Positions 41,935 through 56,700 of a stretch of 64,000 bases of DNA are shown one piece after another. The stretch covers positions 11,059,950-11,123,949 of the forward strand of contig NC_134026.1 in the NCBI RefSeq assembly GCF_964204645.1. The letters run 5' to 3'. The DNA comes from Tubulanus polymorphus (taxonomy: Eukaryota; Animalia; Nemertea). Every line of letters begins with the position of its first letter. Position 1 is the stretch's first letter. The notes under the pieces are model-generated. The model had not been told where the DNA came from. It searched no databases and saw only the letters and a list, made by a program, of their open reading frames with translations. Position numbers and translations under genes: made by a program.

Positions 41935-42727
41935 TTTGCCTCGTGGTCGATTGCCTCGGATCATTGCGTGCGACGAATTTTCGAATCAGGGTCATATTAA
42001 TACATCCACCAAAGATACCCATACACCACATATCCCACACACGGAATCCCTCCGACGATATAAACCCCAAATGTGTCCAAATACCCCAGGCCCTAAATCC
42101 AGTGGGTTTAGTCATGAAGGATAAGAATTGGGAATGTACTAATAATATGATTTTTAAGGAAGAATATAGTGTCTTCTCAAGTTTAAATTCGCAGAACGGA
42201 TTCATTGTTAAAACGGACCACAGTTCTAGTGAATCGATTACAAGAAGTTGATTGACAAAGTAAATTGTCCATTTCAGTGAGTGTATTGCTACAGCCATTA
42301 TCAAGGAATACCAAAGTTTTATTCTGCAGTTAATCTTTTAGTCTGCTACCTTCTAATCCACAAAATATGTGTAGGTTACCAATCTAAAACAATGTAACTC
42401 GTTTTGGTTCACAAGTGGTGTTATTTAAATATAATTCAGTATAGGTTTATGTATAACACATTATATAAGACCCTATACATTCAGAGCAATCGATATTAAC
42501 TTTTTACATCTAGATTATACATGGAAGTATATTTTGGACTCATGAAAGTATATTTTGGACACTTATGGAGGTAATTTTTGGTGGAGGGATTCTGGATGTG
42601 GGATTTTGGGTGGAGGTATTTGGGCGTATCGCCAAATTTTGTTACTCCAGTTAATCTTGACTCATCCCTGCTGCGACTGCCCGGGAATTTGCCTGCCTCT
42701 GGGAGTCCTACGAGACCCGAGGCAACT
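41935..42727 (+). mobile_element. Possible second HINE-like or foldback element
   Basis: TTGCCTCGG (41951) and CCGAGGCAA (42717) form an inverted pair. There is a 3' hairpin TGCCTCTGGGAGTCCTACGAGACCCGAGGCA and an internal imperfect inverted repeat at about 42033-42083 versus 42550-42603. Confidence 0.45.
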
Positions 42728-44757
42728 GGGGTCGTATGTATGTATTTATACTAACGGATATATCGTACACATTTCAGGTATTGGTATTTTTCATTAAAAC
42801 GCTAACATTAGCACATTGATTTTAACCATTGCATAGGTACTAAATCCTACTAAACGTACTAGATATTCATTTATATAATGCAATAATATATACACATTTA
42901 CAATTAGAATATTTACTCGTAACAATATTTGTGAATAACCATTAAATATTTCGAATATTAATGTTTTGTCGTAAGATCTTTACAGAACTTGATATTATAG
43001 CTAACATCATGATAATACAATAACATATAACGATACAATCTAATTGGTTTTACCTCAGATTCAAAGGTAATCGATATAATGTTATAGAATGCTAAGCGAT
43101 AAAATAGAATTAGATATTGGGAAACGATGCCAGTAGATAAATAGTTGCAATAAGTAATGATCAATGAAAATGAAAAAAAAAATCATAACCCAAATTTTGA
43201 CTTGTAAATGTTTTTCATATGATTTAACGAATCATCACAGAAAGTTCATGGACACGAGAGATATCATATTTTTTCCAAATAAAGCAAAGCATTTAGTGAA
43301 GATTATTTGATAGATTATTGTTATACAAAAATAATCAGTGCATGCATAATTGTGCACTTATTATCTACGCAAGTACTTTCTGTATGGCTATTTATCGTTG
43401 CGTAACCTCTACGAAAGATGAGTAAAATGTAGCCTAATCAAGTAATCACAGCTGATTTCTTTGAGTGCAATTGTATGATAAAAATATACCGGTAGACTCC
43501 GAACAATATAATTAAAACATCAAAGCCCTTATAAACGTGCAGATTTGGTTAATTAAACAGTTAAGATCTAATACTGCAATAACTCATTGATACAAAAAAA
43601 CAGATATAGTTTTTGTATCTGTCTATTAAAATCTCTGCATACTGTGACTTTCAATTACTTCGTCAAATGCTCAGTTATTTTAGTAACTATATAAGAAAGT
43701 GGCTGAAATTTCCTTAGGTTAAGAAATTTGTGCATGTTCATTTCAAAGGTTATAAAACATTAACTTTAATTTTTTAGTCTTTTGATGTGAAAATCTGTAA
43801 TTCTTCCTTGATTTTTCTTTTTTTGGGTCCCTACAAATTGCAATCAAATACACTCTAATTGTCAACACTAACTACACTTTTATGATTATAATTAATCAAT
43901 TTCGGAGGTCCGGTGATGGTAAATGGATGCAGTTTTACCATCAAGTCGCACCTCAAGCTTCTGATCAGAATTCTCCTTCCGTTTATATGCGTCAACATTT
44001 AAGTGGTATGAAACACTACATTTCTCATTACCTTAGCCTAAAAATGTGTCCTGCCATCTTACATTACTAGAGACTCGTGTTCAGTATGTGGTAGGCGAAG
44101 GCATGCTTTTGACACGAGCTTGTCACAGTGTTACCACGACTGAAAATTTATCGATAACGTAAAATATTTCAGAATAATATGTTATGTATAATGAATAAGT
44201 TCTACATTGAACGATGATCATATATGGAAATTTTGATAATGATATACACGCCAAGCATTTAATCAGTGGTAACAATATAGATATATAAAATTATCAAACG
44301 TTGTATTTTGATGTATATCGTAAAACACTAATAATGTTTACCTAAAACACACAGTATCATGCCTTCTTACGTTCCTATTTATATGCTTAAGCTCATCTTT
44401 AGTGATAATTCGATAAAAAGTACCCTTCACGAGTCTGTATTTTGCAAATTTGTAAAATATGTTTAATGAAAATCGGACGTGCCAAAAGAGTGTGGTTTTC
44501 GTGTAGTACCTGTTTTGTTTGGAAGACAGATATACATTATTTGAAACTTGTTACACTAATCGATGAAACCTGAAACCGCGCCTTGGATCGAACGCGTATA
44601 ATACGTATACTATAATATCATTTATCATATTTTCTCCTATTTTGACTGCATTCGAACTCAGGATATAACCCATGGTCTGTTGCAAATATTCTACGCACGA
44701 GAGATTATCCAATCGTCACTGATATCGACATGTGTCCTTGAATTCTATTTCATTCCA

Positions 44758-47700
44758 TCAGACGGCGTTGATCGGCCGAGTGTACTCCTCCGGAAGCATG
44801 TCCATTCGAACTTCGTTTGCACCCGCCAATATGCGTCTTGGTCTCTGGTAAGGAGTAGTGAGTTTTCGTAGCCTCTGTAACAGGGGAATATTAAAAAGAT
44901 TTTGTTAAGATGTTAAACAAGTAGTTCTAGTACTAGTCGAAACGACCGGTGATGACGAAACGACTGTCAGAGGGCGACGACCGGGTGCACCAATATTTCT
45001 TATTCACTACATACAGAAGGTTCGCCTTAATTGATTCCACTAAAGCCCATGGCTTGTTTCCAGTCGAGCTCTATATTACGGAAGCCTGTTGGTGACATAC
45101 GAGATGATTGTTTCAAGATTTCGACTTATTATGTCAAAATTCGTGTTACGTATTTCCATGCCGAAATTCGAGTTATTTTTATGTCGAAATTCTACTTATT
45201 ATGTACATGTCGAATTCCGACATAAAATAGCTCAAACTCCGACAAAAATAACTCGAATTTTGACAAAAAGATAATATTTCGAATCTCGACATAATACATC
45301 GAATTTTGAAAGTCGAAATAATGAATGTCAACCATAAACGGGCTTCGTTTCTACATTGAGTTATTCGACGAAAGAAATTCAACAATTTCACGTGTAGGCC
45401 TATATCAGACCTTCGCGATCACCTTCCCTATTTTGCCACGGATTATAATCTACGATGCCCGTAGGAATTGTTACCTCCATACTTGCATATTTGTGATTTA
45501 CAGTCCAAAGTTTATTCATCAAAGTCTTAGTAATTTCGTGTCTTTAGATATGCTAACTAGGAGTCCAGGGACACCATGCCCACTTGGGAAGTGGTTTCAA
45601 ATGCTCAACAATCTAACAATTTCAATATTCAATGCCCTCTGGTGACCATATACAAAAACCAATGACCTTGAAACTCAATACAATCATAAAACATGTCAGC
45701 AGCTACGATTTTGTAATTGATTGTGATAACAAAAAATGCCTCGTTACTAATTTAATATGGAAATACTAAGTTAATCTACTATTCAACGCCCCCTGGTGAC
45801 CATATTCAAAACCCAATAACCTTGTAACTCACCATATTCATAGAACATGTCATGAACTACAACTTTGCAATTGATCATGGTAACAAAATATGCCTAGGTA
45901 CCAATATAATAAGGAAATACCAGGTTATTCTACTATTCAACGCCCCCTGGTGACCATATAGAATAACTAATTTCCTTAAAACTCACCACAATCACAGATG
46001 ATGTCATGAGCTACAACTTTGCAATTGATTGCGGTAACAAAATATGTATTGATACGAATATAATATAGAAATACTAAGATATTGTATTATTCAACGCCCC
46101 CTGGTGGCCATATACAAAAAACAATGAACTTGAAACTCACCCAAATCATAGAACACGTTATACGCTACAACTTTCTAATTCATTATTGTAACAAAATATG
46201 CTTAGGTAACAATATAATGTCGAAAAACTTTTTCCCACCTACGAATGAGTACTAATGACACCAAGATGGCCGCCAATTGCGTCATAATTGGCGGATCAAA
46301 AATACCTATCTCAGGTATAAAACATCCCTTTACAAAGAATACCCATCACAAATTGCAATGAGAAATGGCAAACCAGTAGGAAGCTACAGGACCTAGAATT
46401 CTGGCCAAAATTGACATTTTTGGGCACTAAAAAGGTCATAGGACGGCCATCTTGAGTCAGATGGACCCAATTTTTCTTATGCTGATGGGCCCTTGGTAGA
46501 TTCAAATATATTCGAAAGATCAAGGTAATTGATCATACCGTCTTCAAAATTTCCCTCGTAAACTTCGAAAATGTGTAAAAAGTGCTGATTTTGGCGAACA
46601 ACAATGGCTGCCAGTCGGCCATCTTGATTCTGATAGGGCTAGTTTTTGAGCTGAAGATGTGTCTAGGGTAGATACATGTATAAACCAAATATCAAGACAT
46701 TACCTTGAAGCGTCTTCAAAACTTCCCAAAATAACTGGATTCCGTCTACGGACGGACGAACGGACGGACGGACGGACGGACGAAAAGTGAACGCAATAGC
46801 CCGCTGGGACTAAAGTCCCAAGTGGGCTAAAAACGATATGCTTCTTACCTGCGGGAATGTTCCTTTCGTTGTACATATCTTGTATATGGCAACACCCGGA
46901 ACGCAAAGTATTGACGAGAGAGCCATCAACCATCCTATTAGATTGGCCCACCATGGGTAAACGTAGCCATCATAAGTCAGAGGTTTATACATGACCAAGC
47001 CAAATATCATGATAAACTGCATAAAATTTAAGAATATCAGGTTTTATTGACTGCATTTTGTAGATCGCGTAGGTGATTGGGATATGTATTTTTCGTTATT
47101 TCTTTTTGAAAGGAGCATGTTAGTTGCCACGTCAACCAGAATACACATGGCTTGGGCTACAAGAGATACATCTATGTCGAAATGATATTTGTGAAATTGG
47201 ACTGAAGTTGAAGACCTAAATAGTTAACCTACCGCAAGGAATATTGGACCAAAATATCGCCAGCAAACCCTCCAGTATATGCCCGGGCGAAATCCTATCA
47301 TTTCTTTGATGTCATCCCCAAAACGGTCAACACCTGTAATAACATACACCAACGCTTTCAGCTATCGCTATATACATGTCTACAAAACGGTATAGAAGTA
47401 TACATGTATAATATACATGTAAAAAACAGCAAGTATCACGTCAACAAGGTTAGAATTAAGTAAGTTGAGAATTGTCATAATCTGTTCGAATTTAGTAATA
47501 GAATGAGCTCAGCCTGGTCTTATCTCAAGTCTGAACCCGATCTTGTTTGAAAATTCAGATTTTGGTTTAAAAAATCTTAGGATCATTTTTTTAGATTGGT
47601 TGGACCAAAGCCAACTCATCTGAAAACAATGACACTAGACAACTAACCGTAGAACCAGGAAACAGCTAAAGATTCGAAGAACACGGCGAATAACATCGAA

Positions 47701-50700
47701 TACCCAGCTGCATATTTATCCATTAGGTTCACAATGAACACCCCTCCCTGGAAAAACAAAGTATAACTCAAAAAGTATAATTTTCCTCATAAATAAATCA
47801 ACATACAGTAAATTGGACCTCAATATCGATTATTTCGTATATAGTGTAGTGTAGTAGAATTACAGATCCTGTATTTGTTCGAGAGTGCACGAATATTACC
47901 GGTTACAGAGGGCGAATAAATTGTTTCAATTTACCTGGGAACAACTGGCGAGTCCAATCAGGAAGTACAAACTGAACAGACAAGCTACAAACACTTCCCT
48001 CTTTTTCTTAATGATTGGGAACTCGTCGCTCAAGGCAGTGATCACAGCTTCAGAACCACCGAACTAGAATTGATTACCGAAAAACCGTTACTACATAGCT
48101 TCAACACTGGTCCAAGCTTGGTCCGACGATCATCGGTGCCAGCAAGCAATTCATTGTATACATATACACATTATCTGCATATAGATTGAATGGGCTAAAC
48201 GGAACAGTCGGAAACGTTTCTTTTTTTCAATTCACTTTTTGATTAAATCGTTCTGTATACTGACAATAAGCTACTTACGGAACTATCAAGGCCCAACGTC
48301 AGCAACATCATGAAGAATATGAGTGACCAAAAGGTCGAACCAGGCAATGTCGCTATGGCTTCCGGGTAAACCACAAATACCAATCCAGGACCTTAAAACA
48401 CGTTGAGATGTTTAATTATCATCATAACTTTATTATCAAAAGGAACAATATTTTATGATACAGCACAAAGAATAAATAAAAAACTGTATGGTTGATACAA
48501 CTAACAACTCTTGCAGGGGCTGCCTCAATGAACATATGTTCGTTTTACGGCTACTGGTTAACCCTGCTCGCCGGGACTAAATACGACGAAAGCAGTGTGC
48601 AATGACTTTTCCCGGCTAGTTCATCGCGATACTGTGCAGGGCCACCGATGGATGAATAGCAACGTGACTTAAAACGATTTATGTTTATATGCTTACGAAG
48701 GTTAAAAAAACGAGTATCAGAATTTCAAATATGTTGAAATAAATTCATATGTCAAAAGATTATAAGCGGAAAAAACGACTGATCTTATAGTAGATATGGA
48801 TTCGCTTTAGACGGCGCACTTGTGCTCGCACAGAGCAGCCGTATGAATAGATTGCTCTCAATGCTTTTTACCACTATTTTTGGAAGTTCGAAGTTGTAAA
48901 ACAACTTCGAACCATAGTTATCGTACCAACAAAAGAAGTTCGTCGAAAAATGGCATCGGAGAAAACAAAACATAAAACATAAAGTCGAGATTCGGTCAAA
49001 TAGTTCTGCAATACATCAGCCATTTACATCGGTGATACCGGTTAAAATCTATCATTCTGTTAGATAAATGTACAAAAGTAGTTTCTTAATTCCAATCGTA
49101 TCTTAAATTCAAAATTTTGTAATTCGAGCCCGATTTTAATCAAGTGCGTAGGGATACATTAGGAATAGTAAGTGATTGACAAGTAAGCCGCGCCATGTTT
49201 AACAGCGTCGATCGTTGGTTGTGTCGTGGATTACTCTTTCTTGTATCCGTATGAAGTCGAAGGCGAGTGTCAGCGATTGGTGTGTATAGTTTATTCCCCA
49301 TGAATACACCGGAGGGCCTCTAAATTGTGTAAATAGACGTTGAGAATCACTGCTATGGTCAGTTAGGTCTGCGGTACCGGTACGCGCGTTGTTGCCGATA
49401 CCGACCTCTACTTCAAAAATTATGAAAACAATATTAGAAATAATTGACATCTGATATCCCCGAATATACCTCCGAAGAAATATATTTAGCGTCGGATATT
49501 GTGATGAGAATTTCAGATTGATAGTTTTTCAGATCTTCCAACCACAGGGGCCGGCCGTGGCGTATGTCACTACTACACCGATTGGGTACTGTAAAAACGA
49601 TAATCCATTTAATCTTTTGTATTTAATGTATATAAATATTATCATACATCATAGACACAGTATTATAAGATGATCGTTTTACAGGTACCCACAACTAAGA
49701 AGCCCTGTGCAACATCTAAGTATAGATAAAACTTGTACAGGCATTGCCTATGCCTGTAGATGACAGCAGCTAGTAAGTCATTGGGAAAACCCATTCCATA
49801 TTGACTACTGCTGCTCATAATAGTTCATGGCTCCACTTCGCGAGATACCGTATCTTTTCATACGAGGTTGTTAAATTACCAAGAAAAACTTTTCTTTTTT
49901 GGAAAATATTCTGAAATATAGGTCCATTTTCCTGGAAGAAAATTACTCCTGGAATTGGTCGGGTCTGGTGTATGAACCAATTAAGTTGATTTACAGACGC
50001 AGTTCGCGCCTCAATTTGTCGATGACATCAGATATAAAAAATAACATTACCACGTGCGCAATGCAAACAGACAAATGAGAAAAAAGGATTTGAATATATA
50101 CATGTATTTGAATAGGCGTAACAGAGATTCCTTTTAATTTTGATTGATTATTTCAACTTAAGCCAGCGATTGGATGGAATAATTCAAGTCTCCACATTTT
50201 ATTCCACAAAGTCTCAAATAATTTCTGCCGACCTTTGATGTTCTGCGCATGATATTAGATTTTTTTTATTTTTAGGATATGAACAGCTTTACGGAAACAT
50301 TTGGCAGATACATTTCATGACTGATCACACCTTCTGGGTCGATATTTCATAGTTTTCTTATGTAACTCAGTATTGCTGAAGATAGCTATAGTTGAAACTT
50401 TGGAATAAACCTCCAGCTCAAGGAAACATTTTCGGACTTTTTTCATCATTATTGTGGAATCTCGTTATATTATCGTCACAACACTGATCAGCGTTTCATC
50501 AATCATGTTACATGGCTACAATCGATTTATTTGATAAATCTTTTTGTGCTTTACTCGAGTTTTCCAGTTGTTATTACTTGATTGACTTATTTTGCATCGT
50601 GTAACCACCAATGATAAGTCTTTAAACTGACTCCTAAAATGGAATAATCTTGACTAAACCTTGATTGATTACAAATTACTATTCACACATCGATGAGATG

Positions 50701-53700
50701 TATTACTATATTTCCATAGTAGCCATTCATTGTTTCCATAGTAGCCATTCATCTTTTTCATAGTTTGCCTAATATATACCTAAGCCTAATAAGACTGCTT
50801 CTTCGAACCTCATGACTCTAAAGTCCTCTTGTTTAACAATCACGATTATGACTTTATTTTTCCTTGGATTACAACACAATTTTACAAACTAAAGTATACA
50901 GGAAAATACACCAGGATAAAATTATAAGTACGTATGATCATGGACGTATAAACTACACTTTAAAAAAAAGAATTTCATTTTTTTGCACCTCCGCAAAATT
51001 GTTTATGGATAAAATTATATGCACACCCAAGCCCAAATGCTGTAAGACATTTAATATCTTGCCGCCTTCTTATGTAAATCTTACACAAATAAGATTGTAT
51101 ATACAATGATATGTAAAATTTATACAAAATCAAGAACGTAGAACAAGATAGCAAACTTACCTTCTGTGGCCACGTCATCAATAGGCTTGTTAGTTTTTAC
51201 CGACATATACCCAAGGATCGAGAAAATGACAAATCCAGAGAGAAAACTTGTTCCACAGTTTATCAAACTTGTGATAATGGCGTCCCTTGAAAATATAAAC
51301 GATATTTCTCACCATCGTGTCTGAGATACGGATAATCAATGATTTATTCGAAGACTTTTGATTTAGAAAATAGAAAAATGCTATTCAATTGTACCTGTAA
51401 ACGTTGTTATTGAATTTGTTGTAGGAAGAAAAAGCGAGGAGAACGCCAAATCCGGGACCCAGTGAAAAGAACACTTGCGTTGCCGCATCAACCCAAACCT
51501 ACGTCCCAAGAGCAATGATATTAATAAATCGACAAAGAAATGAAATTTAATTTTTTTCAAAGATCGTTGTTGGCTTACCTCTGCATTTTGAAGTCTTGTG
51601 AAGTTAGGAGTCAAGTAATACCTGATGCCGGTTCCGGCACCCTCTAACGTTGCACCACGGCCGAGAAGAATCAATAATACTCCATAAGGGAATAAGGCAG
51701 TGAACCATACGACCTTATATAGATATATTAGAAGATATATTTGATATTTACTTAATTGATGACAGCGAAGCTTATGAAGATACATGTATTTACATGCTTG
51801 TGTATGAAATGTATTTGAAAAGGGAGAATAACAGTTTTGAATATAATTCTCTTTGGAAACTAGAAATGTATATGTTAAGAATGATAAGTAGTTGTGAAAT
51901 GAAATGATATACCTTTCCAGAAGTCGAGATTCCTTTCCAAAGACTAAAGTAGCATATAAGATAAACTGCCAATAAACAGAGTACGAGCTGCCACTTAATC
52001 TTTCCAAGGTCCTCGACTCCATATGCTTGGTTTGACTCCAACATGGCACGTCTGTAAAATATTGCAAAGTGCCTGAGAGTTATTTCAACAACTACAGCAA
52101 CGATTACGTAGATAGATTACAATGATGATATTTCACGCACTGCTATATTTTGACATTTATAACGTTGGTAATTTCTATCGAATTTAGGGTCAATATATTT
52201 ATGAAAACTAGTCAGGAAACGCAATACGAAGGTGTAATTTCCCTTCATCGCGTTCCCATGCATGCAACCCCCGGGTCAATTTGGTTTTCGGATACACGGA
52301 CAATATCATATTAAAAGTTTAATTTGAAGTAAAAACTCTTAAGGCTATTTACTCCCCGAATGATTGGCACTACTTTACGCTGACAAAATAGCGATAAATG
52401 CTTTGTGTACCATTCGATTCTCAAACATACGATGATAATGAGCCAACTCAATTAATAAATTTACGATGCTGGCTTGTTCCTAACCAATCGTGTAGTATGA
52501 TGAAAACTTTTCGAACCCCCTTCTTCCAATTTCAACAGACACGACTTACCTAGACCGACCGCTTAATGTCCGTGGTCCAAAGTAGATAATTGAAAATGAT
52601 ACTTACTCGAAATATTCCTGGGCTGGTGAAACGCCGTAATGAGACGATCTGGTCAAATTCGATGTGTTAAAAAACGTTGATGGAGTTGTTGCCCATGTTG
52701 AATATGATACCTCACCGGTTATATTGTCTACTAAAGTGTTAAAGCCATCCGTTAACACCTGTTTTAAATGACCATCGCTGCAGTTCATTGTATTCCAGCT
52801 ATTATTGCACGATGTCCATGGAAGATTTGTTGTGAATGAACTAAAGAAAAAGTAGAGCGCCCACGCGATAATGATGTTATAGAAAAAGTCCACGTAGAAA
52901 GCTATGAGAACTACAGCGTAACCAACACCTGGAACAGAGAAATGAGAGAATATTATGAAGAAGGTCATACTGTCCAAGGGAGCCGCCTTTTGAATTCAAT
53001 ATTAGACTAGTGTACAATCTGTAATGAAGAGATCGAGATACATTATTCATACATTATTCACATACCCTTGAACAATGGACAAATACGCCCCCAACATGTT
53101 ATTGCTCCTTTTCTGTTATACTGGCCGAGAGCTAATTCCATGTAAAAAAGTGGTATCCCTCCGATTGCCAACATCAGGACATACGGAACAAGAAATGCAC
53201 CTGTTTGAAAAGAGAAATACCAATTTAAAACCGGATTGATATTCACATCACACACTACATATAGATATATGGATTTGTTTTTAAAATTATTTCAAATATT
53301 CGTTTCGTTGTACAGACCTCCTCCATTCTTGTAGCAAAGGTAGGGAAACCGCCAAACATTTGAGAGATCTACTGCAAACCCGATTACGGACAGTAAGAAG
53401 TCTACTTTCTTCCCCCATGTTTCCCTTTCTGCCTCATCTATCGTCTCTTGTAATTCGTTTGTTGCAGTACTCACTGCTGTGCAATTATTTGTATTTAGTT
53501 TCGTGATGGAAAGGTTATTTTGGTGGTGATCTTTCATAAGTTTCTCTGAAAAATAGATAATGATGAATAAACAGATATGTGTAATCTAAATCTAGAAGAT
53601 CACACCATACAAACAAAAATGATTTACAAAAAATGATGGAATAGTTTTGCTATTCATGGTGAATGTAAATTTGGACTGTACGTACTCTATTTTATCACAT

Positions 53701-56700
53701 AGTGTGCCTAAATACAGAACGCGCGTTATTAATCTATATATCAGGAGAAAAAAATAGTTTTTGGTTCCATTCGGCCTCAGAAATGAATCAACCATCTTAG
53801 AAATCGGGTTTAATTCTACTTTATGTTCATAGAATGATGACATATCTGTGACGCCTATTTTCCTATTACCACCGAGTGTTTGACGTCGCACTTTGGAACT
53901 GCTTGACTGAGGTTTGCCATCTTGTTGAATTATGTTAATAGGGTGTGTTTTACAATGCAAGTAAGTATTCGGGACGGCGGTCTGTAATGCATGTTCATTG
54001 TACCGTGTAACGACCCAGCAGTCTTCCCTACCAATTTATACTATTCATATACCATATCATTTCTATATGAGAGATAAGATAGAAACAACGAAGAAGGATG
54101 CAACTATGCAGTATCCCTCCCAAGAATGGAAAACTAAGTCCTGATCACAGACAACTTTTAGAAAAACAATCTTGGCACTGCATTTTAAAGAGATAAGTGC
54201 TTGATATGTATGTATGTATGAATAAAGCAAGAGACCTACTATGGCATCATATATTGTATATTGCATAAATGCATATTTTATATGCGTGGTTGTCACCTAT
54301 AAATGAAATCATTTTCACAAAGCTTACTACGTTAATTGTGTGCTAACGAGCGCATTCCAGGCGCGGATCCAGGGCCATACAGTGACTACAGCACAGTGAA
54401 AAAAGGGCACCAATTTTGGGAAAGGGCCAGTATTAATGCCCAGCGAGTGAGTTTGAGTTTGAATGCCATTCATTGGTATCATGCCACTAAATTTGCCTTC
54501 ACATTCAATTTGCTTATGCTTTTTTTTTAGATTTTTGGCGAAATTTGCCCGTTTTCGATTACATTTATAGAGCAACAATAATGTCTCTTTTAGAATAGTG
54601 CCCCTTTGAATAAAAAAAATGTCTTAGATTACCTTTTATGATTTTGGGAAATTTATCTCATTCACATTTTGCTTTAGGCCTAGTACAGAAAAGCAATTAT
54701 TTTTTATGGCGCACAAATTGTGTGCCCTTTTATTTACTTTTTTCCCGAAACATAAATTTTTCAAGGGCATTTGAAAACTGCGACTACCGCATGCATGTGC
54801 TGCATGTGCGATAGTCTGGATCCGCGTCTGCATTCACAACTTAGAACATATGAAGTTTTCTGCCACCGTCAACCATTTACCATCCAGCAGTCAATCATTT
54901 TAGATCAAGTAGAATGATTTCATATACCTTTTCTTGCATGACTTCTAAGGAAAGAACCTAATTCAGTCAATTTCTATGTGTTAATGTACGGACGCGTGTG
55001 ATTGCAAAATAAATGCAGATTTATTCCTGCAACGACTCTTCGGGCTAAGTGGCTCATTGAGCGAACACTTGTACCTCAGTTCATTATACGTCATTTATAA
55101 TTTTGGAATATTGTGATATTCTGGTATAAGCCGTGAAGGTAATGCGCGGGCACTCTTCCTAATTGAGATTTGAGACGGGAATTTGTTGTTTTTCATTACA
55201 TCTTTTGCGACAATGCGAAAACAACAACAACTAAATAATTTTCTCGTCTCCTTATTCGCCTAAACTCATTTGCGACTAATGAACACTAGAACGTGTAGAA
55301 TATGTCCAATAATTACATGCAATTAATCACCATCATGTTTGAAATTATCCTTAAAGTATTTTCAAATACTAAGATATTGTTAATTGCAAATACAGCAAAT
55401 AAGCAGGTTTACAGTGCACGTAAATTATATACCGGCGTATCACTATCAATTAATCAAACTTAAAACGTTTTTACGCTGTAGCAGAACTTCATTAATGGTC
55501 TATTATCGCCCAACGCAGGCATGGTGGGGACTTGCCTTATCATAACGTAGCGGTCAACATGTGGAAATTGTGACTAAAGTATGAATAATAGCTACTACAG
55601 AGTATGTTTCGCGCTATTACAATCCTAAGTATGAATTCTAGAAGCGGTTTTTATAAGAGTTCTGAATAAATTACAAGCGCTGGACAATTCGAAGCCAATA
55701 GATAAAACTGTTATGCGAGAATGAGATTTTGGATTTCCAGTATTCTTTCTAATGAAATGCGATTTCGCCAGAACCTTCGTAAATTTTCCAAATTGGGTTG
55801 CAATGCGGTAGCAGCAATATCAAAGCGTTGAGGTCGGCGGTGTGATGATGTCTAATTAACTACAATTCACGCAGTTCGAGTCACTCTTTGAACTCTATCT
55901 TGTGCCAAACGGTGGGGTGCGCCTTAACTGGATTCAGATCTCTTAATGATTTCTTTCAAACTGTCATGTTTCATCAGAAACCACGACCATTGATCTATTG
56001 TAATCGATGTTTAAGAATTAGAAATATCTAAACCTACTATACGCAAATAATAACAACCAAGGTATATAAAATCATGGACTCCAACACGTTTTAGACTACA
56101 TGATGGAATTAAGCTAATGTCTTACGAGAACGCAAACAACATATATTACGTAATTGGTACATCGATGCCAGCTGGGTTAACAGGTAAAATACCCTCGGTT
56201 AATGTCCCCCATACAAAAATCTCTCGAGGTAAAAACTCCCAGGTAAAATCCGTCGAATTCAGGTTTTGCTTACAGCAATTCATAACTGAGAAAGGTTTTC
56301 AAAGTTCGAATTTTGATTATTGAATTTTCATGATTTTATGATCGGAGAACCGACTTCTACCCGATCCTCTACCTAATTCGAAGAACGGAGGGATAACTTC
56401 CGATTGTAAAACATTGGAAATATTTGATTTTTAACCCATGTATATTTCTTTTTCACAACAATATCAAGGAATACATATAGAGCGCGTGCTTATGTGCTTT
56501 TTACGTGTGTTAGAAATTATTCTCAAGTTACCAGTACAGTTTAATTCTACAGACCGAGAGTTTAAATCACCATATTCAGAAACCAACTCGTACCCAGAAT
56601 AGAAATACATTGTATTGTCATAAGTTATCATACCTAATCATGTGTTTAGGTGATCATATTGTATCCCACAATTGAAGAATAATATTGGTGAATTTTGCTA

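Noticed and set aside
45630-46250. Regularly spaced repeats suggestive of a CRISPR array
   Set aside because: Whole 154-bp units are homologous, so there are no unique spacers. The context is a eukaryotic intron with no cas genes.
50711-50764. Short tandem duplications (22 bp here; 19 bp at about 32946-32982)
   Set aside because: Ordinary slippage duplications.
51381-52067. 228-aa ORF as a separate gene
   Set aside because: It is read-through across DAT exons and introns; only 51713-51579 is in the true frame.
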